Source of the DNA: Verrucomicrobiia bacterium | GTDB lineage: Bacteria; Omnitrophota; Omnitrophia; Omnitrophales; Aquincolibacteriaceae | NCBI GenBank assembly: GCA_035495615.1 | Contig: DATJFP010000026.1 | Coordinates: forward strand, 15,635-79,634 | Length of the DNA stretch: 64,000 nucleotides | Direction of reading: 5' to 3' | Shown: positions 9,727-19,889 of the stretch, in pieces | Layout: every line of letters begins with the position of its first letter | Numbering within the stretch: position 1 is the stretch's first letter | Position numbers and translations under genes: made by a program | The notes under the pieces: model-generated | Seen by the model: only the letters and a program-made list of their open reading frames with translations | The model's database searches: none | Told to the model about the DNA's origin: nothing

Positions 9727-10731
9727 TTAGGCCAGGGGCGGTTCCTGGACCGCAGCTCCCATGCGGGAAATGGTCCCCGGCTTCAGCCCGCCCCTCATGG
9801 CAAAAACAAGGCCTGACGCGATGCCTGACCCGTAAATCAGGATGTTCATCAGCAGCGAATGCGCCAAGGCCATTTCCGACGGCATGTACATGGAAAAAAA
9901 GGCGATCGCGCCCGCCTCACGCACGCCAAGGCCGCCCAGCGACGGCGCCATGCTGGCCACGTTCACCATGGGAACCAGCATGAAGAAGACGATGGGGCTC
10001 AAATCCAGTTTCAGCGCCCTGGCCACCCAATAATACAGCATGATGAGCACAAACTGCCCTGCGATCGAGATCCCTACGCAGAACGCCAGAACCTTGCCAT
10101 GAGCATGACAGCCGTGGATCGCGGAATAAAGCTTGCCGAGAATGTCGCGAATTTTATGCGACGGCACGAGAAAAGCGAATCGTTTGAAGAAAAAGGCCAG
10201 CCGCTCGTTCGCGAAACAAAACAGCATAACTGCGATCACGCCCAGGAACACGAAGGCTACATAGCCGATTCGTGGGTCAGGCAGTTCCCCTTTCAATTGG
10301 AGGCGTAAGATGGCCACCAGCGCAATCAAGCTGATCGCGGTTAGCCCGACAAGCCGGTCGACGAGAATGGCGGTCGCGGTTTCGATTTTTTTTCCTGAGT
10401 GCCTGTACGCATAGTAAAGCTTGGCCACATCTCCGCCCAATGCCGACGGCAGGAAGAGATTGAAAAAAAGGCCGACGACGCATAGATAAAAGGTTTGCCC
10501 GTAAGTCAGGATGACATCCTGGATTCGGAAGATTCGGTACAGCCGGTAGGCCATGATGACCTGCACGATCCAATAGCCCAAGGCTGCCACGCCTAGCCAT
10601 TTCCAATCCACGTCCCCGCGGAGAATGGCAAAGGACTCGTTCAATTTGCCTCGGAGGAAATAACAAATGACGGCAAGGGCCCCGAGGCTCACGGCGATGC
10701 GAAGCAGCGGACCGGTAAGGAGTCGCTTCAT
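9727..10731 (-). CDS. flippase-like domain membrane protein (LPG_synthase_TM / UPF0104 family)
   Basis: 334 aa polytopic membrane protein with N-terminal KLNESF...DWKWL pattern. Resembles the MprF transmembrane flippase domain. Confidence 0.65.
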   Translation of the reverse strand: MKRLLTGPLLRIAVSLGALAVICYFLRGKLNESFAILRGDVDWKWLGVAALGYWIVQVIMAYRLYRIFRIQDVILTYGQTFYLCVVGLFFNLFLPSALGGDVAKLYYAYRHSGKKIETATAILVDRLVGLTAISLIALVAILRLQLKGELPDPRIGYVAFVFLGVIAVMLFCFANERLAFFFKRFAFLVPSHKIRDILGKLYSAIHGCHAHGKVLAFCVGISIAGQFVLIMLYYWVARALKLDLSPIVFFMLVPMVNVASMAPSLGGLGVREAGAIAFFSMYMPSEMALAHSLLMNILIYGSGIASGLVFAMRGGLKPGTISRMGAAVQEPPLA

Positions 10732-11141
10732 GAATGCTGGACGAATTTGAGTTGAAGCTCCGGGAGCACGGCATTGAAAAAATCCGCTTCCTGAGCGCTT
10801 AGGTGGCTTTCAGTCTTTTGTTTGAGGGCAAGAAGAAGCTCGATGATCTCACGCGCCGCGGCAAGGTCCACGTTCGCGGGCGCTCCCGGCGGTCCCTGGA
10901 TTTCACCGAGATGGAACATCACCTGATAAGCCAGCGAGTTCAAAAGCCCCATGAAAGCGGGCGATGTCTGGACTTGGGACTGCGTCTGGGGGCGCGATGC
11001 CGGTTTAGGCGGCGCAGATGCGGCGGGTTTGGATTGCGAAGGCGGGGGTGGGACTTCTTCCCCTCTGTCCTTGGCAACCTGATCCTTCCAGCTTTCGTCC
11101 ACTTTCTTTTCCGAAAACCGGACGTCTTTTGGGTATTCCAT
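10728..11141 (-). CDS. DUF1844 domain protein
   Basis: FMGLLNSLAYQVMFHLGEIQGPPG core and acidic/Pro-rich N-terminus. Confidence 0.5.
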   Translation of the reverse strand: MEYPKDVRFSEKKVDESWKDQVAKDRGEEVPPPPSQSKPAASAPPKPASRPQTQSQVQTSPAFMGLLNSLAYQVMFHLGEIQGPPGAPANVDLAAAREIIELLLALKQKTESHLSAQEADFFNAVLPELQLKFVQHS

Positions 11142-11173
11142 TTACTCTCTCCCGTAATTGCTGCACATGACGT

Positions 11174-11220
11174 AAAAAAAGAGGTTCCTAGCCAGTGGGG
11201 ATCGGTGGGCTAGGAACCTC
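11174..11220 (-). terminator. rho-independent terminator downstream of the STAS-PilZ gene
   Basis: Perfect 13-bp stem GAGGTTCCTAGCC...GGCTAGGAACCTC followed on the minus strand by TTTTTTT. A second small hairpin AGAGACC..GGTCTCT lies at ~11228-11248. Confidence 0.55.
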
Positions 11221-11325
11221 TACAGGTGAGAAGAGACCAGGGGGTCTCTATGGACCAACAGATTTATCACGGGCAAGCAGAAAGTGTCAATCGAAAAGAT
11301 TTATGACCGGAGGGACGGCAAAAGG

Positions 11326-12066
11326 CTAGAGCTTGACTTCGTTATCGGCCTTGAACTCGACACCAAGACCTAACTGCTTCTTGCGCAATTCTTTGCGGGT
11401 AATGATCCCCTTGAGATTGTATTCTTCCGGAAAGTTGGCGCTAGGATAGATATGGACCTCGACATCCATGCCTTTCATGTCATCGACCAGGGTGGCAAGG
11501 TTGTTGCCGATCTCCAGGTCCAGATATTCGGTGAACATGCCGCCTTCGCTGATGTTGGTCGCGATGGCCCGGGTCATGACGGTTTTCCCGTCTTTGAATT
11601 TGAGCTTTAATTCCACGGGAATGGCCACATGCATACGTTTGCTGCGGCGGCGTTCCATCTCGGTGCCGAGCGCCGGCTCGTCTTTGGTGTCGAGAAGGAA
11701 TTCCTTGTCCTTCTCTTTCTCGAGAAGGAAAGGTCCGAAGTCTTCCGCCACTTCTTTTTCTGAGGCGCAAATCCTGACATTGCGCGGAACGTACGTGTCT
11801 TCAAGGCTGTGCAAAAGGCCGTCGGAAGCGCCATAAATAAGACTTTTTTGAGGACGGATGCAGGCTGCCAAAAGTTTACGGAGGCCCAGCGAATCAAGGA
11901 AGTCCACGTACTGGAGATTGATGATAATGCGCTGCAGGCGATGGCGCCGGATATTGCGCTGGATTTTTTCAGCCACTTCCTGGACGGTTTCCTGGGTGGG
12001 CTCGCCTTCTATATCAAACACACAAACGCTTCCGATTTCCCGAGTCGTGACTCTCAGCTTTGCCAT
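11326..12066 (-). CDS. STAS-domain / PilZ-domain fusion protein (putative c-di-GMP receptor)
   Basis: N-terminal STAS-like region (VCVFDIEGEP...INLQYVDFLDSLGL). C-terminal PilZ motifs RRRSKRMHVAIPV and NISEGGMF. Confidence 0.7.
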   Translation of the reverse strand: MAKLRVTTREIGSVCVFDIEGEPTQETVQEVAEKIQRNIRRHRLQRIIINLQYVDFLDSLGLRKLLAACIRPQKSLIYGASDGLLHSLEDTYVPRNVRICASEKEVAEDFGPFLLEKEKDKEFLLDTKDEPALGTEMERRRSKRMHVAIPVELKLKFKDGKTVMTRAIATNISEGGMFTEYLDLEIGNNLATLVDDMKGMDVEVHIYPSANFPEEYNLKGIITRKELRKKQLGLGVEFKADNEVKL

Positions 12067-12325
12067 GTGCTGGTCTTCCCTTTCGGGAAGCCTCCTTGTC
12101 GCGATACTGTGCAGGACTTTTCTCTAACTGTTAGAAAGATAGCTTACGTGTTGTAATTATGCAAATCAAATATCACTTTTTTTTAATTATTTATAGCATC
12201 TAGAGTTACAAAGAAATTCTAAGCATAAAACCTAAGTAATTTCATAGCATCCCCTGTCAATTTGAAGCGTATTTAGGAAGGTTATTTTCCCTTGTGAAAA
12301 AACTGCTAGTTTCCAAAAGGGCCGA

Positions 12326-13660
12326 TTATTTTGCGGGTTTCTGAGGGCGAAGACGATTTAACAGATCGTGGAATTTTTTTTCAAATCCATTTTCGGTAGG
12401 GAAATAATATTGTTTGGACTGCGGCATGTAGGATTGCTTGACCACGTTCCCTGGATAATCATGGGGATAAAGGTAGCCTTCGCCGTGTCCGAGGCGGGCC
12501 GCGCCTTTATAATGAGTGTCACGCAAATGCTGCGGCACTTCTTGGGCCGGTTCTTTTTTGACATCCTCCAAGGCATTACCGATGGCCATGTAACTGGCAT
12601 TACTCTTGGGACACGAGGCAAGGTAGGTGACAAGCTGGCCCAGGATGATTTGCGCTTCGGGCATGCCGACGAATTCGACGGCATGCATTCCCGCGGATGC
12701 AAGGACCAAGGCCTGCGGATCGGCATTGCCAATGTCCTCACTGGCCAGAATGAGCAGACGGCGCACAATAAAACGCGGGTCTTCGCCCGCATAAAGCATC
12801 TTGGCCAGCCAGTAAACCGCCGCGTCGGGATCCGAGCCCCGGACGCTTTTGATGAATGCGCTGATCGTATCGTAATGATAATCCTCGTCGTGATCGTAAT
12901 ACACGACTTTGCGCTGGCAGCTCTCCTCCGCCGCGCCAAGATCGATGACGATGACGCCCGCTTCGTTCTTCGGCGTAGTCAGGACCGCCACTTCCAGAGA
13001 ATTCAGAGCCCGGCGCGCATCGCCGGAAGCCATGCCGACCAGATGCCTCAGCGCGTCTTCGTCCGCTCGAATCTTCAAATGGCCATAGCCTCTTTCGGGA
13101 TCGGCAATCGCGCGTTTCAAAAGTTTAATGAGATCCGCTTCTTCAAGGGGCCTTAATTCAAAAAGAAGCGAACGCGACAAAAGCGGGCCGTTCACGGAAA
13201 AGGAGGGATTGTGCGTCGTGGCGCCGACAAGAATGATCGTTCCATTCTCCACGTCCGGCATGAGAACGTCCTGCTGGGCTTTGTTGAAGCGGTGGATTTC
13301 GTCGACAAAAAGCACGGTCCTCTGCTTCGAAGCCCGCCGCCGCGCATCCTCGATGGCCTTTCTCAATTCCGCGACATTGGAGGTCACGGCATTGACGGCG
13401 ACGAAATGGGCATTGCTGAGCCGTGAAATGAGACGCGCGAGCGTTGTTTTTCCGCATCCGGGAGGACCGTAAAAAATAGCGGAAACGAGACGGTCGGCTT
13501 GAAGCGTACGGCGCAGCAGTTTCCCCTCGCCTAAAAGGTGGGCTTGTCCGACGACTTCGTCCAGCGTCCGCGGACGCATGCGGGCGGCCAAAGGAGCATT
13601 GGGCGAAAGCTCGGAGGAAGCAGACGGCTTGTCCTCGCCGAAGAGGTCTTCCGAATCCAT
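12326..13660 (-). CDS. rarA: replication-associated recombination protein A (AAA+ ATPase)
   Basis: GPPGCGKTTLA Walker A, VLFVDEIHRFNK, C-terminal MgsA-specific region. Confidence 0.9.
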   Translation of the reverse strand: MDSEDLFGEDKPSASSELSPNAPLAARMRPRTLDEVVGQAHLLGEGKLLRRTLQADRLVSAIFYGPPGCGKTTLARLISRLSNAHFVAVNAVTSNVAELRKAIEDARRRASKQRTVLFVDEIHRFNKAQQDVLMPDVENGTIILVGATTHNPSFSVNGPLLSRSLLFELRPLEEADLIKLLKRAIADPERGYGHLKIRADEDALRHLVGMASGDARRALNSLEVAVLTTPKNEAGVIVIDLGAAEESCQRKVVYYDHDEDYHYDTISAFIKSVRGSDPDAAVYWLAKMLYAGEDPRFIVRRLLILASEDIGNADPQALVLASAGMHAVEFVGMPEAQIILGQLVTYLASCPKSNASYMAIGNALEDVKKEPAQEVPQHLRDTHYKGAARLGHGEGYLYPHDYPGNVVKQSYMPQSKQYYFPTENGFEKKFHDLLNRLRPQKPAK

Positions 13661-13684
13661 GGAGGAATCTCCGTTTTCCGGGGG

Positions 13685-15730
13685 CTATTGAAAAGTGGCC
13701 TGAAACTTTTGGGCCACGTTCGAAGCGATCTGCGCGTGAAGCTCTTGAATGTCTTCGGAAACGAGGGTTTTCTGGTCGGACTGGTAGGTGACCCGAAACG
13801 CCATGTTTTTGGAGCCGGCAGGAATCCTTCCGCCGCGGAAAATATCGAAGACGCCGACATCCACGATCAGCCCTTCTCCGTGCGAACGAATTTCCTCGAT
13901 GACTTCGCCGGCATGCACGCTTTCCGCCACAACGACAGCCAAGTCGCGCCGGATCGCCGGGAAACGCGGCAGCGGCTTGAAAGAAGCCACGGCGTGCGTC
14001 CGGCATTCCAGGATTTTTTCCAGCGAGATCTCCGCGAAATAGACGCCCTTTTCAAGGCCCCATTCACGAATGAGAAACGGTGCCGCTTTTCCCAGGCGCC
14101 CCAGGGTCTTCCCGCCTGCCATTATCTCTTCCGAAGTCTCCGCGGCAAAAAAAGGCCAAGGCCGCGGCGCAAAACTGACGCCTCCGATGCCAAGGCGTTC
14201 GAAATAAACCTGCAGAATCCCTTTAAGATCATAGAAACCCGCTTCGCATTCCGGGTCGCGCCAATTCTTTTCCTTAAAAACGCCCGAAAGCGCGAGCGCC
14301 AGGTGCCTTTCTTCTTTCACTTTTTTGGGACCGCTCAGCTGATAGGTATTAGCGATCTCGAAAAAAGCCGCGCCAAGCGCGGAGTGATCGTAATTGCGGC
14401 GGATCACCGTGAGCAGGCTCGTCAGCATGGAAGGCCTGAGCCAGCGCAGTTCTTTATGCTGCGGATTTTCGACCACCACGGCATTTTTGAGCTCTTCTTC
14501 TGGAAATCCGCGATTGGAGATCAAGCTGAACGTCACGCTTTCATAGAGACCGCTGGCCGCCAGGACTTCCCGCGTGCAGTGTTCGAAAGACGGCAAAGGA
14601 TTTTCTTCGAACGTAAGCGGCGCGCGCACCGGCAGCGTCGAAGGGATCTGGTCGTATCCGTAAATGCGGGCGAATTCCTCGACAAGATCCACAGGCGTCA
14701 GGATGTCCGACCTGAAGCTCGGCACTGTCACCTCCCAAGACTGCAACGTGGATTTGACTTCAAATCCGAGCCGGGCAAAAATGGCCGTGACCGCATGCGA
14801 TTTGATTTCCATGCCGAGAATCCGGGTCAAATCCTGCGCGGCCAAATGCACCTTGGTGCCGGTCATTTTGGGAAGCGTTCCCATTTTCAGAATTGTGCTG
14901 ACGAAACGCGGCTTCGCATACCGCTTGATGAGCAGCAGCGCGCGCTGGCGCGCGTAGTCCACGCCGGCCGGATCCACACGGCGCTCGAAGCGGTAGGACG
15001 ATTCGCTCGAAATCTTGTGGGCCCGCGCGCTCTGGCGGACAAAGCGCGGGTTGAAGTAAGCGGATTCGAGAAAAATATTGCGGGTGCGCTCGTTGACTTC
15101 GGAATCCTTGCCGCCCATGATGCCGGCGAGAGCCACGGGCACGTTGGCATCCGCGATGACGACGTCCTGCGGCGTCAGCGCCAGCACTTTACCGTCGATG
15201 GCCGTGAATTTTTCTCCGGGCTTGGCGCGGCGCGCCTGGATTTCCTTGCCCTTCAGCAGATCGGCGTCGAAGGCATGCAGAGGCTGGCCGGTTTCCAGCA
15301 GCACATAATTGGTGATGTCGACAATGACGTTGATCAGGCGGACGCCGCAGGCCTCGAGCCTTTCCCGGATAAAGTCCGGCGTTTCTGCCATTTCAATGCC
15401 TTCGATGACAACTCCGGAATAATAAGGGCAGCCCTCGGGATCTTTGAGATTGACCTTCCAGCCCGAAAGCTGGTGCGTGTCGTGCGTCTCGATTTCCGGA
15501 AGCTTCAGCGGCAGGTTTTCGACCGCCGCGATTTCCCGCGCAACGCCGATATGCGAAAGCCAATCCGGACGGTTTGACGTGATTTCAATTTCGAACAGCG
15601 AGTCTTTTTTGTTCGCGGCCGGATGAATCCCCTTCACTTCCAGTCCGCCCATGGTGAGCTTGTCCGCCACGCTTTCGAGCGGCGGCTTGTAGCCGACATA
15701 GTCTTTGAGCCAAACGGTGCTGACCTTCAT
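13685..15730 (-). CDS. pheT: phenylalanine--tRNA ligase beta subunit
   Basis: 681 aa. tRNA-binding, B3/B4, B5 and FDX-ACB-like order. Conserved operon position after pheS. Confidence 0.9.
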   Translation of the reverse strand: MKVSTVWLKDYVGYKPPLESVADKLTMGGLEVKGIHPAANKKDSLFEIEITSNRPDWLSHIGVAREIAAVENLPLKLPEIETHDTHQLSGWKVNLKDPEGCPYYSGVVIEGIEMAETPDFIRERLEACGVRLINVIVDITNYVLLETGQPLHAFDADLLKGKEIQARRAKPGEKFTAIDGKVLALTPQDVVIADANVPVALAGIMGGKDSEVNERTRNIFLESAYFNPRFVRQSARAHKISSESSYRFERRVDPAGVDYARQRALLLIKRYAKPRFVSTILKMGTLPKMTGTKVHLAAQDLTRILGMEIKSHAVTAIFARLGFEVKSTLQSWEVTVPSFRSDILTPVDLVEEFARIYGYDQIPSTLPVRAPLTFEENPLPSFEHCTREVLAASGLYESVTFSLISNRGFPEEELKNAVVVENPQHKELRWLRPSMLTSLLTVIRRNYDHSALGAAFFEIANTYQLSGPKKVKEERHLALALSGVFKEKNWRDPECEAGFYDLKGILQVYFERLGIGGVSFAPRPWPFFAAETSEEIMAGGKTLGRLGKAAPFLIREWGLEKGVYFAEISLEKILECRTHAVASFKPLPRFPAIRRDLAVVVAESVHAGEVIEEIRSHGEGLIVDVGVFDIFRGGRIPAGSKNMAFRVTYQSDQKTLVSEDIQELHAQIASNVAQKFQATFQ

Positions 15731-16734
15731 CAGAATTGCCTCAGGAAACGGACGTCGTTTTCATAGAAATGGCGGATGTCGTCGATGCCGTGGCGAAGCA
15801 TGGCGATGCGCTCCACGCCCAGGCCAAAGGCGAAACCTTGGACCTGCTTGGGATCGTAGCCCACGGCCTCAAAAACTTTGGGATTCACGCTGCCTGCGCC
15901 GAGGATTTCCAGCCATCCTTTTTTGGACCAGCTGATGTCGATTTCTACACTCGGCTCGGTGAAAGGAAAAAAGTGCGGACGGAACCGGATCTTGGTTTTC
16001 TTGCCAAAAAGCTCCTGCAGAAAAAGGTAGAGCACGCCTTTCAAATCGCTGAAGGTCGTCTGCGTGTCGACCATCAGGCCTTCGATCTGATGGAACATGA
16101 AGGAGTGGCTGGCATCCACGGTGTCGGGCCGGTAAACGCGGCCGGGTGCGATGATCTTGAGCGGAGGCTTGCGCGACTCCATGACGCGGATCTGCACGGT
16201 CGAAGTCTGGGAACGGAGCAAATGGCCGCTCTCGGTATAAAAGGTATCGAAAGAATCGCGGGACGCGTGCTCGAGCGGGATGTTGAGGGCCGTGAAATTG
16301 TGGAATTCGGTTTCCACTTCCGGGCCGCAGACAATTTCGAAACCGAGCCGTTTGAAGATGGCTGTGATCTCGGCAATGGTCTGGGAAATCGGATGGATCC
16401 TGCCGAGCGCGGGCCTTAACCCCGGAAGCGACGGATCGAATGCCGGTTCATTGGCTCCGATTTTAGGCGCGTCGACCAGAGAGTCCTGGCGCGTACTGAA
16501 GGCGTTCTCGAGAAAATCTTTGACGCGGTTGATCTCGCGCCCGAACTCTTTGCGCTCTTCGGGCGGGAGATCCTTCATGCGCTGCATCAGATCCGTGAGC
16601 CTTCCCTTTTTGCCCAGATAGGCAATCCGGAATTGCTCAAGCTCTTCGCGGCTTTTGATCTTCCCGAGATCGGTCTTCGCCTGGTCTTCGAGCGTGGATA
16701 CGAGTTCCTTCATCGGCATGTCCTGAAGCATCAA
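15730..16734 (-). CDS. pheS: phenylalanine--tRNA ligase alpha subunit
   Basis: 334 aa class II aaRS core. FHQIEGL, GAGSVNP-like motifs. Confidence 0.9.
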   Translation of the reverse strand: MMLQDMPMKELVSTLEDQAKTDLGKIKSREELEQFRIAYLGKKGRLTDLMQRMKDLPPEERKEFGREINRVKDFLENAFSTRQDSLVDAPKIGANEPAFDPSLPGLRPALGRIHPISQTIAEITAIFKRLGFEIVCGPEVETEFHNFTALNIPLEHASRDSFDTFYTESGHLLRSQTSTVQIRVMESRKPPLKIIAPGRVYRPDTVDASHSFMFHQIEGLMVDTQTTFSDLKGVLYLFLQELFGKKTKIRFRPHFFPFTEPSVEIDISWSKKGWLEILGAGSVNPKVFEAVGYDPKQVQGFAFGLGVERIAMLRHGIDDIRHFYENDVRFLRQF

Positions 16735-16773
16735 GTTTCTTCCGCGTGGAGGGACCTCGGAGAGGACCGGATC

Positions 16774-17154
16774 CTATTTGGAAGCGGCGCCCGCGGTCAT
16801 CTTTTCTTTACCGACGGCGAGCTCCATGATGGTACGGAAGGCTTCTTCGTCGCGAACCGCGATTTCGGCCAGGCTTTTCCGGTCGAGAGCGATGTTCGCC
16901 TTCTTCAAGCCTGCGATAAAACGCGAATAGCTCACGCCGAACTCCCGGCAGGCCGCGTTGATGCGGACCGTCCAGAGCCTGCGGAATTCACGTTTGCGCA
17001 CGCGGCGGTCACGCGCCGAAAAACGGATGGCGCGCATGACGGTTTCTTTGGCCGAACGGATAAGCTTCCTGCGTCCGCCCCAGAAACCTTTGGCCCTCTT
17101 CAGAATTTTGTTCCGGCGCCTTCTCGACGCGGGATTATTAGTAGCTCTTGGCAT
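16774..17154 (-). CDS. rplT: 50S ribosomal protein L20
   Basis: Basic N-terminus [16 protein letters not shown]. Confidence 0.9.
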   Translation of the reverse strand: MPRATNNPASRRRRNKILKRAKGFWGGRRKLIRSAKETVMRAIRFSARDRRVRKREFRRLWTVRINAACREFGVSYSRFIAGLKKANIALDRKSLAEIAVRDEEAFRTIMELAVGKEKMTAGAASK

Positions 17155-17183
17155 TCAAAACTCCTTTCATGGAATGATAAATT

Positions 17184-17393
17184 TCACTGGCCCTTAAGGC
17201 CGTAAGGCATGGACCATTTCACACGGTGCGCGTCCGACTTATCGACGGCGTGCCATCCTCTGTTCTGGCGTTTTTTCTTGGATGTGCGGTCCCCAAGAAG
17301 ATGCCGCTTCAAGGCTTTCGACATCAACACTTTTCCGTTTTTGGTAACCCGGAACCGTTTTTTAACAGCTTTGCACGTCTTCATCTTTGGCAT
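17184..17393 (-). CDS. rpmI: 50S ribosomal protein L35
   Basis: MPKMKTCKAVKKRFRVTKNGKV. Confidence 0.9.
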   Translation of the reverse strand: MPKMKTCKAVKKRFRVTKNGKVLMSKALKRHLLGDRTSKKKRQNRGWHAVDKSDAHRVKWSMPYGLKGQ

Positions 17394-17404
17394 TGTCGTT
17401 TCCT

Positions 17405-18016
17405 CTATTCTTGTGAATTTGTACCGGCATTGGCATCTTGATTTGCCGCGGCCTTTTTGCCCGTCGCGGGTTTCGCCGCGAAGTAAATCAGAAAGGCGTT
17501 ACCTTCCAGACCTTCGTTACGCTCGACATCAGCGATATCGGAGATGTCCTGAATGAATTTTTGAATGATCCGATCGCCCAATTCCTTGTGCGTAATTTCT
17601 CTTCCGCGGAAGATCAGGGTCAATTTCACCTTGTCGCCGTTCTCGATGAACTTACGGCTGTTGCGGAGCTTGGTCTGGTAATCATGCTCCTCGATCTTGG
17701 GCGTCATCTTCACTTCTTTGATGTGGATGACTTTTTGCTTCTTCCGCGCCTCTTTTTCCTTCTTATCGAGCGAGTACACGTATTTGCCCAGGTCCATGAG
17801 ACGGCAAACCGGAGGCTTCACGTTAGGTGCCACTTCCACCAGATCCAGGCCTTCTTCTTCCGCCTTGAGCAGGGCGTCCCGCGTGGCAACAATGCCGAGC
17901 TGCGAACCGTCGGAGCCGATGAGGCGCACTTCCGGAACGCGGATTTGATTATTAGCCCTGATTCTTGTCTTGGAATTGGTGTTCAATGAACCTCCATCAT
18001 GGTTAAAAGGTTGCAA
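17405..18016 (-). CDS. infC: translation initiation factor IF-3
   Basis: IRVPEVRLIGSDGSQLGIV...PPVCRLMDLGKYVY matches IF-3. Exact start uncertain: ORF begins with a non-ATG codon, as is usual for infC. Confidence 0.8.
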   Translation of the reverse strand: MQPFNHDGGSLNTNSKTRIRANNQIRVPEVRLIGSDGSQLGIVATRDALLKAEEEGLDLVEVAPNVKPPVCRLMDLGKYVYSLDKKEKEARKKQKVIHIKEVKMTPKIEEHDYQTKLRNSRKFIENGDKVKLTLIFRGREITHKELGDRIIQKFIQDISDIADVERNEGLEGNAFLIYFAAKPATGKKAAANQDANAGTNSQE

Positions 18017-18049
18017 AATCCTATCATAATCCCCCGTAGAATCAAGGGT

Positions 18050-19777
18050 TTATGCAGGGGGCGCCGACTCTTGTTTCAAGAGCTCGATAAACTCGTCGAG
18101 GCTTTTGACGCCCAGGTCGCGCCGGCCGCGGCCTCGCACAGCGACGCCACCGGAAGCGGCTTCCTTGTCGCCGATCACCGCGGCATACGGAATCTTCGAC
18201 GTTTCCGCCTCGCGGATCTTGTAGCCGATTTTTTCCGGCCGCAGGTCTTCTTCGACGCGAAAACCCGCGGCGCGCAATCTCGCCGCGGCATCCTTGGCCG
18301 CCTGTTCCTGTTTTTCTGAAATCGTCAGGATGCGTACCTGCACGGGCGCAAGCCACAGCGGAAATGCTCCGCCAAAATGTTCGATCAGGATTCCCAGGAA
18401 ACGCTCGATCGAGCCATAAATCGCGCGGTGCACCATGACCGGCCGCTTGCGCGACGCATCTTCGGCCACGTACTCCAGGTCGAAACGTTCCGGCATGGAA
18501 AAATCCACCTGGATCGTGCCGCACTGCCACGAGCGTCCCAGGCTGTCGTAAATCACGAACTCGATTTTCGGTCCGTAGAACGCGCCTTCCCCGTCGTGCA
18601 CTTCATACGGGATCTCGCGCTGTTCCAGAGCGCTCTTCAAGGCCTGCGTCGCCTTTTCCCAAATCTCGGAAGATCCAATGGCTTTTGCCGGCCGGGTCGA
18701 GACCGCGACTTCGTATTCGTTGAAACCGAACGCGGTATAGACTTCACGGATGAATTCGATCAGCGCGCCGATTTCGCTTTGAAGCTGGTCTTCGGTGCAA
18801 AAGTGATGCGCGTCGTCCTGCGTGAATGCCCGCACACGCATGAGACCGTGCGTAACCCCCGAACGCTCAAAACGGTGCACCTTGCCGAATTCCGCGATCC
18901 GCAGCGGCAGTTCGCGGTACGAATGCTGACGGCTTTTATAAATGAGCGCATGCCCCGGGCAGTTCATCGGCTTCACAGCATATTCCCGGTTCTCCGCCTT
19001 GGTGAAATACATGGCGTCGTGGAAATTGTCGTAATGCCCGCTTTTTTTCCAAAGATCGTCCGAGAGGACCATCGGGGCCTGGACTTCGTTGTAGCCCCGC
19101 ACGCGCAGCTTCTCGCGCATGAATCCGATCAAAGCGTTGAAAAGAAAAAAACCTTTGTCGTGAAAGAACACCATGGCCGGCGATTCGTCGTGGAAACTGA
19201 AAAGGTCCAGTTCCCGGCCGAGCTTGCGGTGGTCACGCTTCTGCGCTTCTTCCAGACGCTGCAGGTGCTCGTTCAGTTCTTTTTCCGAAAAAAACGCAGT
19301 CCCATAAATCCGCTGCAGCATCTTGTTCTGCTCGCTGCCGCGCCAGTACGCGCCGGCTACGGAAAGCAGCTTGAAGGCCTTCAGCTCATTCGTATTGTGG
19401 ATGTGATTGCCACGGCACAAATCCGTGAACGGTCCGTTCTTGACGAGCGTGATTTCGCCGTCATTGAGGTCCTTCAGGATTTCCAGTTTGTAAGGCTCCT
19501 GCCGCTCTTTGAAATACACTTCCGCATCTTTTTTGGAGATGGGATTCTGCTCAAAGGCCTGGCTTTCCCTGACAATCCTCGCCATTTCGACTTCAAGACG
19601 TTTCAGGTCATCGTCGGTGAACGGCTCGGCCCGGTCAAAATCGTAATAGAATCCGTCCTTGATGGCAGGACCGATCGTCAATTTTGATTCGGGGAATAAT
19701 TTCTGAACAGCTTGTGCCAGGATATGAGCAGCGGAGTGTCGCAGGCGGACAAGTGCTTCTGAATCGGATTTTTTCAT
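18050..19777 (-). CDS. thrS: threonine--tRNA ligase
   Basis: 575 aa class II aaRS with HRAIYGSIERF motif 3 and C-terminal anticodon-binding domain. Confidence 0.9.
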   Translation of the reverse strand: MKKSDSEALVRLRHSAAHILAQAVQKLFPESKLTIGPAIKDGFYYDFDRAEPFTDDDLKRLEVEMARIVRESQAFEQNPISKKDAEVYFKERQEPYKLEILKDLNDGEITLVKNGPFTDLCRGNHIHNTNELKAFKLLSVAGAYWRGSEQNKMLQRIYGTAFFSEKELNEHLQRLEEAQKRDHRKLGRELDLFSFHDESPAMVFFHDKGFFLFNALIGFMREKLRVRGYNEVQAPMVLSDDLWKKSGHYDNFHDAMYFTKAENREYAVKPMNCPGHALIYKSRQHSYRELPLRIAEFGKVHRFERSGVTHGLMRVRAFTQDDAHHFCTEDQLQSEIGALIEFIREVYTAFGFNEYEVAVSTRPAKAIGSSEIWEKATQALKSALEQREIPYEVHDGEGAFYGPKIEFVIYDSLGRSWQCGTIQVDFSMPERFDLEYVAEDASRKRPVMVHRAIYGSIERFLGILIEHFGGAFPLWLAPVQVRILTISEKQEQAAKDAAARLRAAGFRVEEDLRPEKIGYKIREAETSKIPYAAVIGDKEAASGGVAVRGRGRRDLGVKSLDEFIELLKQESAPPA

Positions 19778-19889
19778 TCCAAGGATTTACAATTGACTTA
19801 AGTGGCTCCCGCGTAAAAAGTTAGAGCGAATATCCTATCTAAAACCACGGGAATAGGCAAGTCTTTTCTTCGGGAGCCGCCGGTTGCGG

